In this document: piece after piece, positions 34,252-45,204 of the stretch | How positions within the stretch are numbered: the stretch's first letter is position 1 | How the letters are laid out: the number at the start of each line of letters is the position of its first letter | Origin: an uncultured delta proteobacterium | Lineage (GTDB): Bacteria > Desulfobacterota > Syntrophobacteria > Syntrophobacterales > Syntrophobacteraceae | DNA length: 64,000 nucleotides | Direction of reading: 5' to 3' | NCBI GenBank assembly: GCA_963808625.1 | Contig: CAWEHK010000008.1 | Location: 64,001-128,000, forward strand | Program-made: the position numbers and the translations under genes | The notes under the pieces: model-generated | Seen by the model: only the letters and a program-made list of their open reading frames with translations | What the model was told of the DNA's origin: nothing | The model's database searches: none

Positions 34252-36079
34252 TTGAGTGACTCAAAATTCATTATCGGCATCGACCTGGGCACGACCCATT
34301 CGGTGCTTGCTTACACCGAGGCACGGACAGCCGAAGAAGCAGAACCGGCCATTCACATCTTGCCTCTTCCCCAGGTTGTAAGCCCTGGCGAAGTGAAGGC
34401 TCAGCCGTTACTGCCCTCCTTCATTTTTTTGCCCGGCCCCCACGATGTTCCCCCGGGGGGCCTTGCTTTGCCGTGGGATTCTCACCTCGATTTTGCGGTA
34501 GGAGAATTTGCCCGGAGGCGCGGCGCCGAACTGCCCCACCGCCTCGTTTCCTCCGCCAAGTCATGGCTTTGCCATAGCGGGGTCGACCGTATGGAGAGCA
34601 TCCTGCCCTGGGACAGCCCTCCCGACGCCAGGCGGATATCGCCGGTGGAAGCCGCTTCCCGTTTCTTGCAGCATCTGCGCCATGCGTGGAATGATGAAAT
34701 GGCAGCGGATGATCCGGAGGCGCGGTTTGAAGCCCAGGATATCTACCTGACCGTTCCTGCTTCCTTTGACGCAGTGGCCCGGGAACTGACGGTGAAAGCC
34801 GCGCAGTCTGCCGGGTTGGAAAACATTACCCTGCTCGAAGAACCGCAGGCCGCTTTCTATGCCTGGGTGGAGGCACAGAAGGAGCGCTGGCGCAAGGCGG
34901 TGCATGTGGGAGAATCCATCCTGGTTTGCGATGTCGGGGGCGGGACCACTGACTTCAGCCTGATTCAGGTGACCGAAGAACATGGTGACCTGACCCTGCG
35001 CCGCGTGGCCGTGGGTGACCACCTCCTGCTGGGGGGCGACAACATGGATCTGGCGTTGGCCTACGCGGTGCGGGCGCGGCTGGCGCAAAAGGGGGTGAAG
35101 CTTGACGCCTGGCAGTTTCGCGGCCTCTGGCACAGTGCCCGCACCGCCAAGGAACGCCTTCTTTCGGACCCCGAATTGCAGGCTGAACCCATCGTCGTCC
35201 TCGGCCGCGGATCGTCCCTGATCGGGGGTACCATCCGTGCGGAGTTGACCCGGGAAGAGGTGGAGGAGGCCCTGCTCGACGGTTTTTTCCCCCTCGGCGA
35301 GAGCTCTGATTATCCCGAAGAGAAGCCGAAGGTCGGGGTGCGGGAAATGGGTCTGCCCTATGAGGCGGACCCTGCGGTGACGAGGCATCTTGCACGCTTC
35401 CTCGGGCGCCAGGCGCAAGGGCGATCTGAGTCAGTCCGGGGTGCCGGTGGGCTACCCTGCGGCGGTCCTGTTCAACGGCGGTGTCATGAAGTCCGGCCTG
35501 CTCCGCGGGCGGGTGCTTTCGGTTCTCGATCGCTGGCACGGCCCGGGGGAAATCCGCGAGCTCGCCTCGGTGGATCTTGATCTTGCCGTGGCCCGTGGGG
35601 CCGCCTACTACGGATTGGCGCGCCGTGGCCAGGGGATTCGCATTCGCGGAGGCACTGCCCGGTCGTATTACATCGGCATCGAAAGCTCGCTGCCTTCTGT
35701 GCCCGGCATCCCCGCGCCAATGAAAGCTTTGTGCGTGGTGCCCTTCGGTATGGAGGAAGGAAGCGACGCCGAGATCCGCCAGCGGGAGTTCGGTCTGGTG
35801 GTAGGGGAGTCAGCGGTTTTCCACTTGCTCGATTCCACTGTCCGTAAGCAGGACCAGGCCGGAGAAATGATTGAGGAGTGGCAGGGTGATATTGAAGAAG
35901 TGACCACCATGGAAACCATTCTTCCCGCGACAGAAGAGGAAGAAGGAGGAAAAATCATTCCGGTCTGGCTGCAGAGCAAGGTGACGGAGGTCGGAACGCT
36001 GGAGCTCTGGTGTGTGGCGAGGGACGAGAATCGCCGGTGGAAACTGGAATTTAATCTTCGAGAACGGGAAAACGACTAG
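34252..36079 (+). CDS. Hsp70-family (DnaK-related) protein A, frameshift near 35420
   Basis: GIDLGTTHS, TVPASFD, EEPQAA, DVGGGTTDF, LFNGG. Confidence 0.9.
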
Positions 36080-36121
36080 AACTTCGGACTTCACATTCCT
36101 CGCGGGATATGCTGTGCGACT

Positions 36122-39015
36122 ATGGATAATCAATTTGAGTCTGCGGATGCACCCTATCGATACATCGTCGGGATCGATCTTGGCACCACCAATTCGGCGC
36201 TGGCCTATGTCGATCTGACAACGGATGAGGCGGCACCCCGGCACATCCGTTTCTTAGAGATCCTGCAACTGACCGCCCCGGCTGAATTGCGGCGGCGGCC
36301 GATTCTGCCTTCCTTTTTGTATGCTCCCGGTCCTCACGAACTGCCGCCCGGGAGCACCGGACTTCCCTGGGACCCGGAGAGAGCATACGCGGTCGGAGAA
36401 TTTGCTCGGGAACAGGGCGCCCTGGTGCCTGGGCGCCTGGTGGCCTCAGCCAAGTCCTGGCTCTGCCACGGCGGCGTTGACCGCACCGCCGCGATCCTCC
36501 CGTGGGCCGTCGGACCTGATGTCAAGAAGATATCCCCGGTGGAAGCCAGTTCGCGCTACCTTCAACACCTCAGAGAAGCCTGGAATGATGCTGTTGCCAG
36601 GGGACGAGAAGGATACCGCCTGGAAGAACAGCTGGTCATCCTCACCGTTCCCGCCTCCTTCGATGAAGTTGCTCGGGAACTCACCGTGACCGCCGCACGT
36701 GACGCCGGCCTTCCTCGCGTCATCCTGGTGGAGGAACCCCTTGCCGCCTTTTATGCCTGGCTGTCAAGGCACGAAGCCGACTGGGAAGGTTGGATGCATG
36801 AAGGTCAGGTGATTTTGGTTTGTGACGTTGGGGGAGGCACGACGGATTTTACGATCATTGCCGTCAGACGAGGGGAGAAGGGCCTGCGCTTCGACCGCCT
36901 CGCCGTGGGGGAGCACCTGATGCTTGGCGGCGACAATATGGATCTGTCCCTGGCGCGCCATCTCGAGGCCCAAGTCGTCGGCAAGCCTGGTCAGCTCGAT
37001 TCGCGCCGCTGGCATCAACTCTGGCATCAATGCCGAAAAGCGAAAGAAGTTCTGCTGGGGCAGTCCGAGGGCCGGGACACACCCGGCAGCGACCGGACGG
37101 ATGCCATCACCGTTACCATCATGGGATCCGGCAGCAGACTCATTGGGGACACCCTGAAGGGGACCCTCACCCTGGACCTGGTGGAAGAACTGATTCTGGA
37201 CGGCTTCTTCCCTTCAGTTGCCATTGACGAGACGCCGCAGAGCAGTCGCCGGACCGGACTTACCGAATGGGGCCTCCCATACGTTCAGGACCCGGCGATA
37301 ACCCGCCACCTTGCTGCTTTCTGGCAGCGTTACCGGAGGCTGCTCGAAAATGAAACCGGGCGAACTTCGCTCTATCCGGACTTCATCCTTTTCAACGGCG
37401 GGGCCCTGACTCCCGGTTCCGTGCGCAATCGGGTCCTCGAGGTCGTGCACGAATGGTTCCAATTGAAAGCTGGGCCAGACTGGGCACCCGTCGAGCTGCA
37501 AAATCCACGCCCCGAACTCGCCGTCGCCATCGGGGCCGCCTACTACGGTCTGGTGCGATGCGGAGCGGGAATCCGCGTGGGGGCAGGCAGTCCGCGCGCC
37601 TACTACGTCGAAGTTGCTCCGCCTGCGGAGCGCAATGCCGATGCCGGTGACCTGAAGGCCGTTTGCCTCGTCCCGCGGGGCACTGAGGAAGGTTTCGAAG
37701 CGCATCTGCAGCAACCTGCCTTTGAAGTCCTCACCAACCAGCCTGCAACCTTCCGGCTCTTCACCTCCTTCACCCGCCTGGGAGATCATCTTGGCGACCT
37801 CGTCAGCCTCTCGGAAAATGAGATCACTCCCCTCCCCCCCATCCGCACCGTGCTCAGATACGGCAAAAGGAGCACCGCGCAAAGGCTTCCTGTGCACCTT
37901 GCCATTCGCCTCACCGAAATCGGCACCCTGGAGCTCTGGTGTGAATCGGTGCGGAGTCCTCACCGCTGGCAACTCCAATTCGATGTCCGCGAGCAGGGAT
38001 CACCCCAGGAGGCAGCCCTTCCTGCGGCTGGCGAAACCTTTGATGCCACCGTGATTGAGCGGGCTCGGGAGAGCATTCAAGAGGCCTTTTGTAGAGAAAA
38101 GATCGGGGCCAAAAATCTTCCGCAAAAGCTCACCAGGGAACTGGTCTCAATTTTCGAACTCGGCAAAGAAAAATGGCCCACATCACTCATCCGGAAGCTC
38201 GCCGACGCTTTATACGAATGCCGGCAGGGCCGGGACCTCACCTTTCACCATGAATCCCGGTGGTTGAATTTGCTCGGGTTTTGTATGAGACCCGGGTTTG
38301 GCGCCCCGCTTGATGACTGGCGCATGAAAGAGATCTGGAAAATCTATCCCTTGGGGCTTCAATTTCCGCGCCAGGCCCAATGCCGATCCGAGTGGTGGAT
38401 CTTTTGGAGGCGCGTGGCCGGAGGCTTAAGCGCCGGACAGCAATGGCACATCTATCAGAATCTCCTGCCCGTCTTACAGACCGTGGACAAAAGGAAGCCA
38501 AAACCGCCAGCGAAGAGTTCCGTCAGCCGAAGTGACCAGGAAGAGCTCGAAATCTGGATGGCTCTGGCTAACTTCGAGTATCTCCCCGCGATGAACAAGA
38601 TTGAACTCGGTCGGCGTATCCTGGAGCGCATCGAGAAGGGCCGACCGCGGGCCCAGGAGTTATGGGCGCTGGGCAGACTGGGGGCGAGGGTCCCCTTTTA
38701 CGGTCCACTGGACCAGGTTGTTTCAAGCGAGGAGGCCTCCCGGTGGCTCCGCCACATCCTTTCCCTGCCCTCGACGCCACGGACGCTCTTGCGCGGACCC
38801 TAGTGCAACTGGCACGACGGACGGGAGACCGCGCTCGCGATCTCCCCTCGGAGAACGTGGACCGACTCGCCGAGTGGTTGCAGCAGATTCCCCAGGCCGA
38901 CCGTTACCGGCAACTTCTTACTGATCCTGAAGTTGATCTGTTCTCCCAGGAAGAAGAATGGATTTTCGGCGAAGGTCTGCCCGCCGGGCTCACCGTATCG
39001 GATTCCGGCATGTGA
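36122..39015 (+). CDS. Hsp70-family protein B with DUF3731-like C-terminus, frameshift near 38770
   Basis: GIDLGTTNS; RWLNLLGFCMRPGFG..LD.WR, WALGRLGAR.P.YG, FGE.LP.GL. Confidence 0.9.
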
Positions 39016-39402
39016 CGAGATCTAACTGTGAATATGGTGACGAGTCTCGATTTTGAGAGAGTGTCCGTGAATTTAACCGGAAGAGCTCGCCAATGTCCTG
39101 AAGCGGCGTCCATGTCAACGAACATTTTATCTTGAAACGTCCTCCGCGCTCTCCCCGCGTGTTTCTGGCAAGAATTCGTGTTAAGTAAATTCTATGAGGT
39201 TCCCGCTAAGAGCATGCGGTTGACGACCGGGGTCCCATATTTGAGGAGGGTGCTTAGGTCGATGTGATGATGAAGTCACACTGTTCTCTCCCGAAGAAAT
39301 CGCCCTCTATGCGGCGACGATCTCGGCCTGCATCATGGCGCTCACGCTGTCGCTCCTGATCGACGCTACGAGTCGGAAGGTGAAACCAGCCCATGGCGGG
39401 AA

Positions 39403-40134
39403 GTGGATGACGGCTTGCTGCTCGGAGAGTTCCAGCCCCCGCAGTGTTTTGGCCTGACCGATACCAGGATTCTCATATTGAAAATCGATCCCCAAAAGTA
39501 CTCCTTCAAGCTGATGAGTGCCTCGGAGCATGGCGGCAGAAAAATGACTCTCAAGGAATGGTGCACGAAACATGGGCTTGTGGCGGCTTTTAACGCCGGA
39601 ATGTACCAGGAGGACGGTATTACCAGTGTCGGGTACATGAAAAACTTCAAACACATCAACAATGGCAGACTGAATACTAACAAGGCTGTTTTGGCCTTCA
39701 ACCCCGTTGATGCCAGTGTCCCGGAAATCCAGATCATCGACAGGGAATGTCAGGATTTTGAAAACCTCAAGGGAAAATACCGAACGTTTCTTCAAAGCAT
39801 CAGAATGGTCTCTTGTGAGCAGAAGAATGTCTGGAGCCCACAGACCACCGCGTGGAGCACCCTGGCGATAGGCATTGACAAGGCTCAGAAGGTCCTGATT
39901 GTCTTCAGTCAGCAACCGTATCCGGTGCATGACCTCATCGAGATTCTCCTCTCACTGCCGATCTCCCTCTACAACGCCATGTATCTGGAAGGCGGACCGC
40001 AGGCATCGGTCTATTTATCGAGCAACAACAGCACGATTGAAACCCAGGGGAGATGGGAGGGCAGTCCCGACAGTCCCAATCCGCTTCGGATTTCCTGGCC
40101 GATCCCGAACGTCCTCGGTATTGTCAAGAAATGA
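39403..40134 (+). CDS. Phosphodiester glycosidase (NAGPA-like) protein; true start probably ~39270
   Basis: AAFNAGMY, AMYLEGG, IPNV; a signal-like segment lies upstream in another frame. Confidence 0.7.
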   Translation: MDDGLLLGEFQPPQCFGLTDTRILILKIDPQKYSFKLMSASEHGGRKMTLKEWCTKHGLVAAFNAGMYQEDGITSVGYMKNFKHINNGRLNTNKAVLAFNPVDASVPEIQIIDRECQDFENLKGKYRTFLQSIRMVSCEQKNVWSPQTTAWSTLAIGIDKAQKVLIVFSQQPYPVHDLIEILLSLPISLYNAMYLEGGPQASVYLSSNNSTIETQGRWEGSPDSPNPLRISWPIPNVLGIVKK

Positions 40135-40178
40135 AGGTCATCCAGACCCCTTCCTGGCCTTCGCCACGATCTTCCACA

Positions 40179-40241
40179 AACCATCACCTCTCAACCATCA
40201 ACCATCAACTATCAACTATCAACCATCAACCATCAACTATT
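40179..40241 (-). repeat. Heptamer tandem array (AACCATC/AACTATC) x~9
   Basis: Reverse complement of the 23736 unit. Confidence 0.9.
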
Positions 40242-41343
40242 TCACGACCTTCGCCACGATCTTGCCAAGAACCGGCTGGTGGGTCCCAAGGGCGGCGTAA
40301 GGGCACACTTCGAGACAGCAATAGCAGCGGATACATTTCCCGTAATCGAAGCTGATCCTTTCATGTCGGCAGGATATCGCCCCGGCCGGACAATAGCGTT
40401 CGCAATCGCCGCAGGATTTGCACAGCGCTTCCCTGACCCGGGGCCGCTGAATGAGATGCCTTCGCAGGAAAGCATGGGCGAACCGAGGCCCGAAGATCAA
40501 CGGCGCCATTACCGGCAGCTTGAAGTCGCTTATTTCGACCCGGTCGCCGATCATTTCAACGGGATCATCCAACAAGCCGAGCGTTCTGCCAATCCTGTTG
40601 GTCAGCAACTCATCCTCGGCCAAGCCGAGCAGGCGGCAGACCGCCGCATCCAGAGCCGCGGCGTCGGCACTGCCCATCAGCAGCCCGACCTCTTTCGGCC
40701 GCCCGCCCCGTCCGGGGCCCTCTCCTTCCATGGCCAGAATCCCATCAAGGATGGTCAGTTTCGGCCGGATGGCCTGATAGGTCCTCACCAGGAGCGCCGC
40801 GAACACCTCTCGATCGACGCCCGCTCGCAGATGCCATTGCGGTTTCCTGAAACCCACGATACACCCGAAAAGGTTCTTTACGCCGAGGGTCAGCAGCATC
40901 TGGCCATGGGTCTTAAGCTTTGGGAGATTGATCAGCACGTCGGCTTCCAGAGCATCCCGGGCTATTTCAATCTTCTTGAACGGTTCGCCCACATCGACGG
41001 TCGTGGACTCTTCGAATTCCTTGAAAGTGACCTCGAAACCCTCAAGCGCTTCCTGGATGCCGCTTTTCTTCAGCACCTTGTGAAATGTCCCCATCGCGGG
41101 GCTGTCGGAAATCTGGACCTTGCCTCGTTTCTCAAGAACGTATTCGGCGACGCCTTTTACCACCATCGGGTGGGTGAGCACCGCCCGCCGGGGGGATGCG
41201 GGCGCAAGGAGATTCGGTTTGAGGACCACCCGGCTGTTCTTTTCGATCAGCAGTCCACCCCCGAGCGTTTCCAACATCTCGAATAATTGGTGTTTCAGGA
41301 TCTGGTAATCGTATGTTGCTCGTTTTGTGACAACTGTGCTCAT
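40237..41343 (-). CDS. DUF362 protein with 2x[4Fe-4S] domain
   Basis: LKPNL, THP, PKLKTH, KNLFG; CKSCGDCERYCP and CIRCYCCLEVCP. Confidence 0.9.
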   Translation of the reverse strand: MSTVVTKRATYDYQILKHQLFEMLETLGGGLLIEKNSRVVLKPNLLAPASPRRAVLTHPMVVKGVAEYVLEKRGKVQISDSPAMGTFHKVLKKSGIQEALEGFEVTFKEFEESTTVDVGEPFKKIEIARDALEADVLINLPKLKTHGQMLLTLGVKNLFGCIVGFRKPQWHLRAGVDREVFAALLVRTYQAIRPKLTILDGILAMEGEGPGRGGRPKEVGLLMGSADAAALDAAVCRLLGLAEDELLTNRIGRTLGLLDDPVEMIGDRVEISDFKLPVMAPLIFGPRFAHAFLRRHLIQRPRVREALCKSCGDCERYCPAGAISCRHERISFDYGKCIRCYCCLEVCPYAALGTHQPVLGKIVAKVVK

Positions 41344-41373
41344 CGCCTCTCTCTTTCGGCACTAACAGGTTCG

Positions 41374-41694
41374 CTAAACGATGCTATACCTTGGATCTTC
41401 GATATGGCTCCCTTTGCAGCGCGGGCACCTGCCGGGTTTCGTCAGCCGCGCCCGGTCGGCAAAAACATACTGACATTCCAGGCATTGTGCCGGCTGGACA
41501 CGGAGTGCCATCTTCTGGGAAGCGAGGGATCGCTTGATATGGGAGAGGTGATCGTAGACCTCCTTCTCCCGGATTTTGAGGGCCGCAGACAGGTCCAGGG
41601 CACTATGCCGGGCTCTGGAAAGAAGGATGACCATCTCTTGCCGTATGGTCTTCGTACAACAAACGTGTTCAACGTGTGTGGAGTGTTTTCTCAT
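41374..41694 (-). CDS. HTH plus Zn-ribbon putative regulator (COG3357-like)
   Basis: EKEVYDHLSHI, C..C.Y.F, PGRCPRCK. Confidence 0.8.
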   Translation of the reverse strand: MRKHSTHVEHVCCTKTIRQEMVILLSRARHSALDLSAALKIREKEVYDHLSHIKRSLASQKMALRVQPAQCLECQYVFADRARLTKPGRCPRCKGSHIEDPRYSIV

Positions 41695-41997
41695 TCAGGA
41701 GTGTCCCCCTGCTGCTTCGAGCATAAAAGTCGTCCGGGTCTATCTCATTTGGTCCCTATTTAGAATAGCGGGAGGAGATTGTAAAGTTGCTTGGAGAGCG
41801 GCGCAGCGAGTATTCACAAGCGATTGCAATATTGCCAGTTGTTTGATATGCTTATTCAAACTGGCATCAGCCGGGATGTCCCAGCGGTCTTCGACTACAT
41901 TTTATCGTGAGATTCTTTTGCGATGTCAGTGTATTGAACTTTCACAAGATCACATAAACCTTAACACAGGCACGGTAAAATCGAAGAGGAGTTTGCA

Positions 41998-42327
41998 ATG
42001 TTGGAACTGATGAAGAAGGGTTTGATGGCGGGCATTGGCATCGTGGTTTTGACGACCGAAAAAGTGCAGGAAGCTGTGCGCAAGCTGGTGGACGAAGGGA
42101 AGATCAGCACGGAAGAAGGGGAAAAGCTGGCTCAGGAATTGGTCAAAACCGGTCAGCACCAATGGGAAGAGATTAGCTCCACAATAGCCGAGAAGACCAA
42201 GAAATGGACGGAAAATGTGGAAATCGTCAAGAGGAAGGAACTGGAGGAGCTTAGAGAGCGCGTTCAGAATCTGGAACAACGCATAGCGGAAATGGAAAAG
42301 GGGGAAACCCCAAAAGCCGGGGCTTGA
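41998..42327 (+). CDS. Phasin-like (PhaF/PhaI-like) coiled-coil protein
   Basis: KKGLMAGIG, LVDEGKI..EEG, LEELRERV..LE. Confidence 0.75.
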   Translation: MLELMKKGLMAGIGIVVLTTEKVQEAVRKLVDEGKISTEEGEKLAQELVKTGQHQWEEISSTIAEKTKKWTENVEIVKRKELEELRERVQNLEQRIAEMEKGETPKAGA

Positions 42328-42409
42328 ATCGCGCTGATCCGAGGCCGCCGTTCGCAGGGACTGATGCGCAGGCCCTTGCTCGTTGCGTCGAAACCGCTGT
42401 GCAACCCCG

Positions 42410-43567
42410 TCAAGGGATTGCGCTGCGCCATCGATAAAGCACGAAAGCCGCCAGGAGGGCGCCCCCTGCCACCAGAAAAAGGGGTTGGAAGCCGGCAAAC
42501 TGCCCGATAAAACCGAGGATGATCGAGCCGGCAAAAGCCCCGGCGTCAATACTGCCGGTGAAGACCCCCGTGATTTTTCCCCTGATTGCCGTGGGAGCGT
42601 CGCGGATCGCCAGGACATTGAGACCGGGATAAAGAAAACCGTGACCGCAGCCGGCCATCAGCCCGGCAGCAACCAGAATCAGGCTGCCATCGAGGAAGAC
42701 GAGGCTGGCGAGTCCCACACCGGTCAGAATCATGGCGTAAGGAATGATGCGATCCTCCCCCAGACGATCGACCAGTCTGGCTCCAAAAACCCGGGTCAGG
42801 ACCGCAGACCCGGAATAAGCAATGTAATAGACGGAAACGAACAGGATTTGCCGCTCGCTGGCAAAGGGTGAAACAAAGCCGTTGGACGCCGCCAGGCCAA
42901 AACCGAAAAGAGCTGCCAGCACTGCCACCAGCGATATTTTCCTGATTCTGAGCACGGCAAAAAACGAGGTGACGTTATTCGATGAATCATGGACCAGGGT
43001 TTCGCTGAGGGGAAGATGGATGACCAGCGCAATCGTTGCCATCAGCCCTGCGGTGATGAACAGCGTCTGGAAACCGAATTCGGCGATGACCAGTTCGGCA
43101 ATGACCGGCCCGACAGCCGTGCCGATCAGCCCCGAAACTCCAAAAATACCGAACCCCTCATTCAGCCGCCCTTCGGGGATCATATCGGAAATATACGTAA
43201 AAGCGGCGGTAAGACAAATGGCAAACCCCATCCCGTGGACAATTCGAACGCCCAGGAGGGGGAGATAGAAGGCGGTCAGGTCACCCTGGAAGGAGAGGTA
43301 GGCCAGCGGCAGCACGCTCATTTTCAGGCAACCCACGGTGTAGCTCTTCTTGCGCCCAAACCGGTCAATCATCTCTGAAATCCACGGGCGGCACACGACC
43401 GATGCCAGCGTGAACGCTCCCATGATCACCCCGATATCAACCTCATTCCCCCCATGGTTCAAAACGAATAATGGAAAGAGGAAGAACATGCTGAAACTTG
43501 AGAGGATGAGGAAATTGGCCAGGGCCATGGCGAAGAAAGAGCGACTGTACAACACTTGAAGGTTCAC
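42410..43567 (-). CDS. MFS transporter
   Basis: Multiple TM segments; DRFGRK and DRLGE motifs. Confidence 0.88.
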   Translation of the reverse strand: MNLQVLYSRSFFAMALANFLILSSFSMFFLFPLFVLNHGGNEVDIGVIMGAFTLASVVCRPWISEMIDRFGRKKSYTVGCLKMSVLPLAYLSFQGDLTAFYLPLLGVRIVHGMGFAICLTAAFTYISDMIPEGRLNEGFGIFGVSGLIGTAVGPVIAELVIAEFGFQTLFITAGLMATIALVIHLPLSETLVHDSSNNVTSFFAVLRIRKISLVAVLAALFGFGLAASNGFVSPFASERQILFVSVYYIAYSGSAVLTRVFGARLVDRLGEDRIIPYAMILTGVGLASLVFLDGSLILVAAGLMAGCGHGFLYPGLNVLAIRDAPTAIRGKITGVFTGSIDAGAFAGSIILGFIGQFAGFQPLFLVAGGALLAAFVLYRWRSAIP

Positions 43568-43670
43568 AGCAGGTTCACGCACGTCAGGCCTCACCGGACA
43601 ATCCCCGATGATTCTTGCCCGGTGAAAATCGGGCACTGCTCACAAAATGGTCTCAAGAGAGCTCGGTGAT

Positions 43671-44321
43671 CTAGCTGTCAAGTGAAGTCAGTCCTTCCCT
43701 TATGGCGTACTTGATCAATTCCGCCACACTGTGGATATTCAGTTTACCCATGATCTGCTGCCGGTGCGTCTCGACCGTCTTGATACTCACGCAAAGGACC
43801 GCTGCGACTTCTTTGGTGCTCTTTCCCTCGGCAAGGAGCTGCAGCACTTCTCGCTCTCTCGGCGAAAGGGCGCTAAATTCGCCGTTGGCAGTCGCAAGGT
43901 GGTGAATGTAGCCTTCCATAACCGGTCCAGCCACAGCCGGGCTCAAGTAAGTTTGGTTCTTCAGGACGGCATGAACCGCCCTGGCGAGTTCTTCAAAAGC
44001 ACAATCCTTTAGCAGATATCCCGAGGCTCCAGCGCGGAACATCTGGACCACAAAGCGTCGGTCCGAGTGCATGGAAAGCGCGATTACCTTGACGCGGGGG
44101 AGCTCGGTAATGATCTGACGGGTCGCATCGATGCCGTTCAGGTCAGGCATGCCGATGTCCATGATCACCAGATCAGGCAGCAACTCGCGAGCCAGCTGCA
44201 CCGTCGCCCGGCCGTTGTCGGCTTCAGCGATGACGGACATCTCCGGCTGGTTTTCGAGCAGCGCCCGCAAACCGTCCCGGACAATCTTGTGGTCATCCGC
44301 CAGAAGGATTTTAATGGCCAT
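43671..44321 (-). CDS. NarL/LuxR-family response regulator
   Basis: LLADDH, MDIGMP receiver domain; LSPREREVL HTH. Confidence 0.95.
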   Translation of the reverse strand: MAIKILLADDHKIVRDGLRALLENQPEMSVIAEADNGRATVQLARELLPDLVIMDIGMPDLNGIDATRQIITELPRVKVIALSMHSDRRFVVQMFRAGASGYLLKDCAFEELARAVHAVLKNQTYLSPAVAGPVMEGYIHHLATANGEFSALSPREREVLQLLAEGKSTKEVAAVLCVSIKTVETHRQQIMGKLNIHSVAELIKYAIREGLTSLDS

Positions 44322-44562
44322 TCAGTTCACCGCCAGGTTTGACTCTAATAAAGTGCTCAGCCCACGCTGCTCGGTGCCGGGCGCAGACGCCGGTCTGCAA
44401 CATCCCAGGTTCGCACATGGCAGGCTCATTCCGGGAGGAACATGCTTAAAAGCTGCAGACTGCTTCGCCGTGCTTGGTTTCTTCAGGCCCTTAACTATAC
44501 TATGAGGCAACTTCTCGCAAGAGATTTGGGTGGCTGGTTGGCTGAGGTCGGCGTGATTCGGG

Positions 44563-44883
44563 TCACCTGCTTCTCTTAACCTCTTCTATCTTTGTCACTT
44601 CAAGCACCCGACCCTTTTCGGTACGAGTCATGGTACCGGTCACTTTCACTTTCTTGCCAACCCATGGGGAAAGGTCCCGGCCAATAATACGGTAAGTAGT
44701 CCTGCCGCTCTGGATGACAAATTGAGAATCTATCTGCTTGAGTATTCCCAGGCGGATGGTTGTTGCTTTGGCTTTGGACTTGGACTGATCGGCGAATGTC
44801 GAATTGACATCGGTCATGGGGATTAGCAGCCCAACAAAAAGAGCCAAGACAAACGATGCCACAATCCTTTTCCCGCTTCTCAC
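44563..44883 (-). CDS. Small exported OB-fold-like protein
   Basis: Signal peptide; VGKKVKVTG...LEV.KIE. Confidence 0.6.
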   Translation of the reverse strand: MRSGKRIVASFVLALFVGLLIPMTDVNSTFADQSKSKAKATTIRLGILKQIDSQFVIQSGRTTYRIIGRDLSPWVGKKVKVTGTMTRTEKGRVLEVTKIEEVKRSR

Positions 44884-45008
44884 AATTATCTCCCTTCCAG
44901 GCGATTTCATGAGCTCTGTCCCCCAGCTCCTTCGAAACACTCGCAACCATGAAAGGCAATCTTGCGCCTCGTACAGCTCCACAGAATAAAGCAGCCATAA
45001 GCCAAAAC

Positions 45009-45088
45009 CGTCATTCCCGCATGCTTTTGGCGGGAATCCATGTGCTTTTGGACACCCTCACCCCTGCCAAAAACATGCGGGAGTGACG
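45009..45088. repeat. REP-like doublet
   Basis: CGTCATTCCCGCATGCTTTTGGCGGGAATCCA ... GCGGGAGTGACG. Confidence 0.75.
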
Positions 45089-45204
45089 ACGTGCGTCAGC
45101 GACTCAGGCTTAAGTACCTGAAAGTAAGCATCGCTCAGCTTCCGAATCCTCTGGTACACGAGGTGAATGCTCGCGAACATCAGGAAATACCTGAATGCAA
45201 GGGG

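Noticed and set aside
23736..40241. Heptamer arrays and REP clusters as CRISPR
   Set aside because: No unique spacers between identical 25-40 bp repeats and no cas genes
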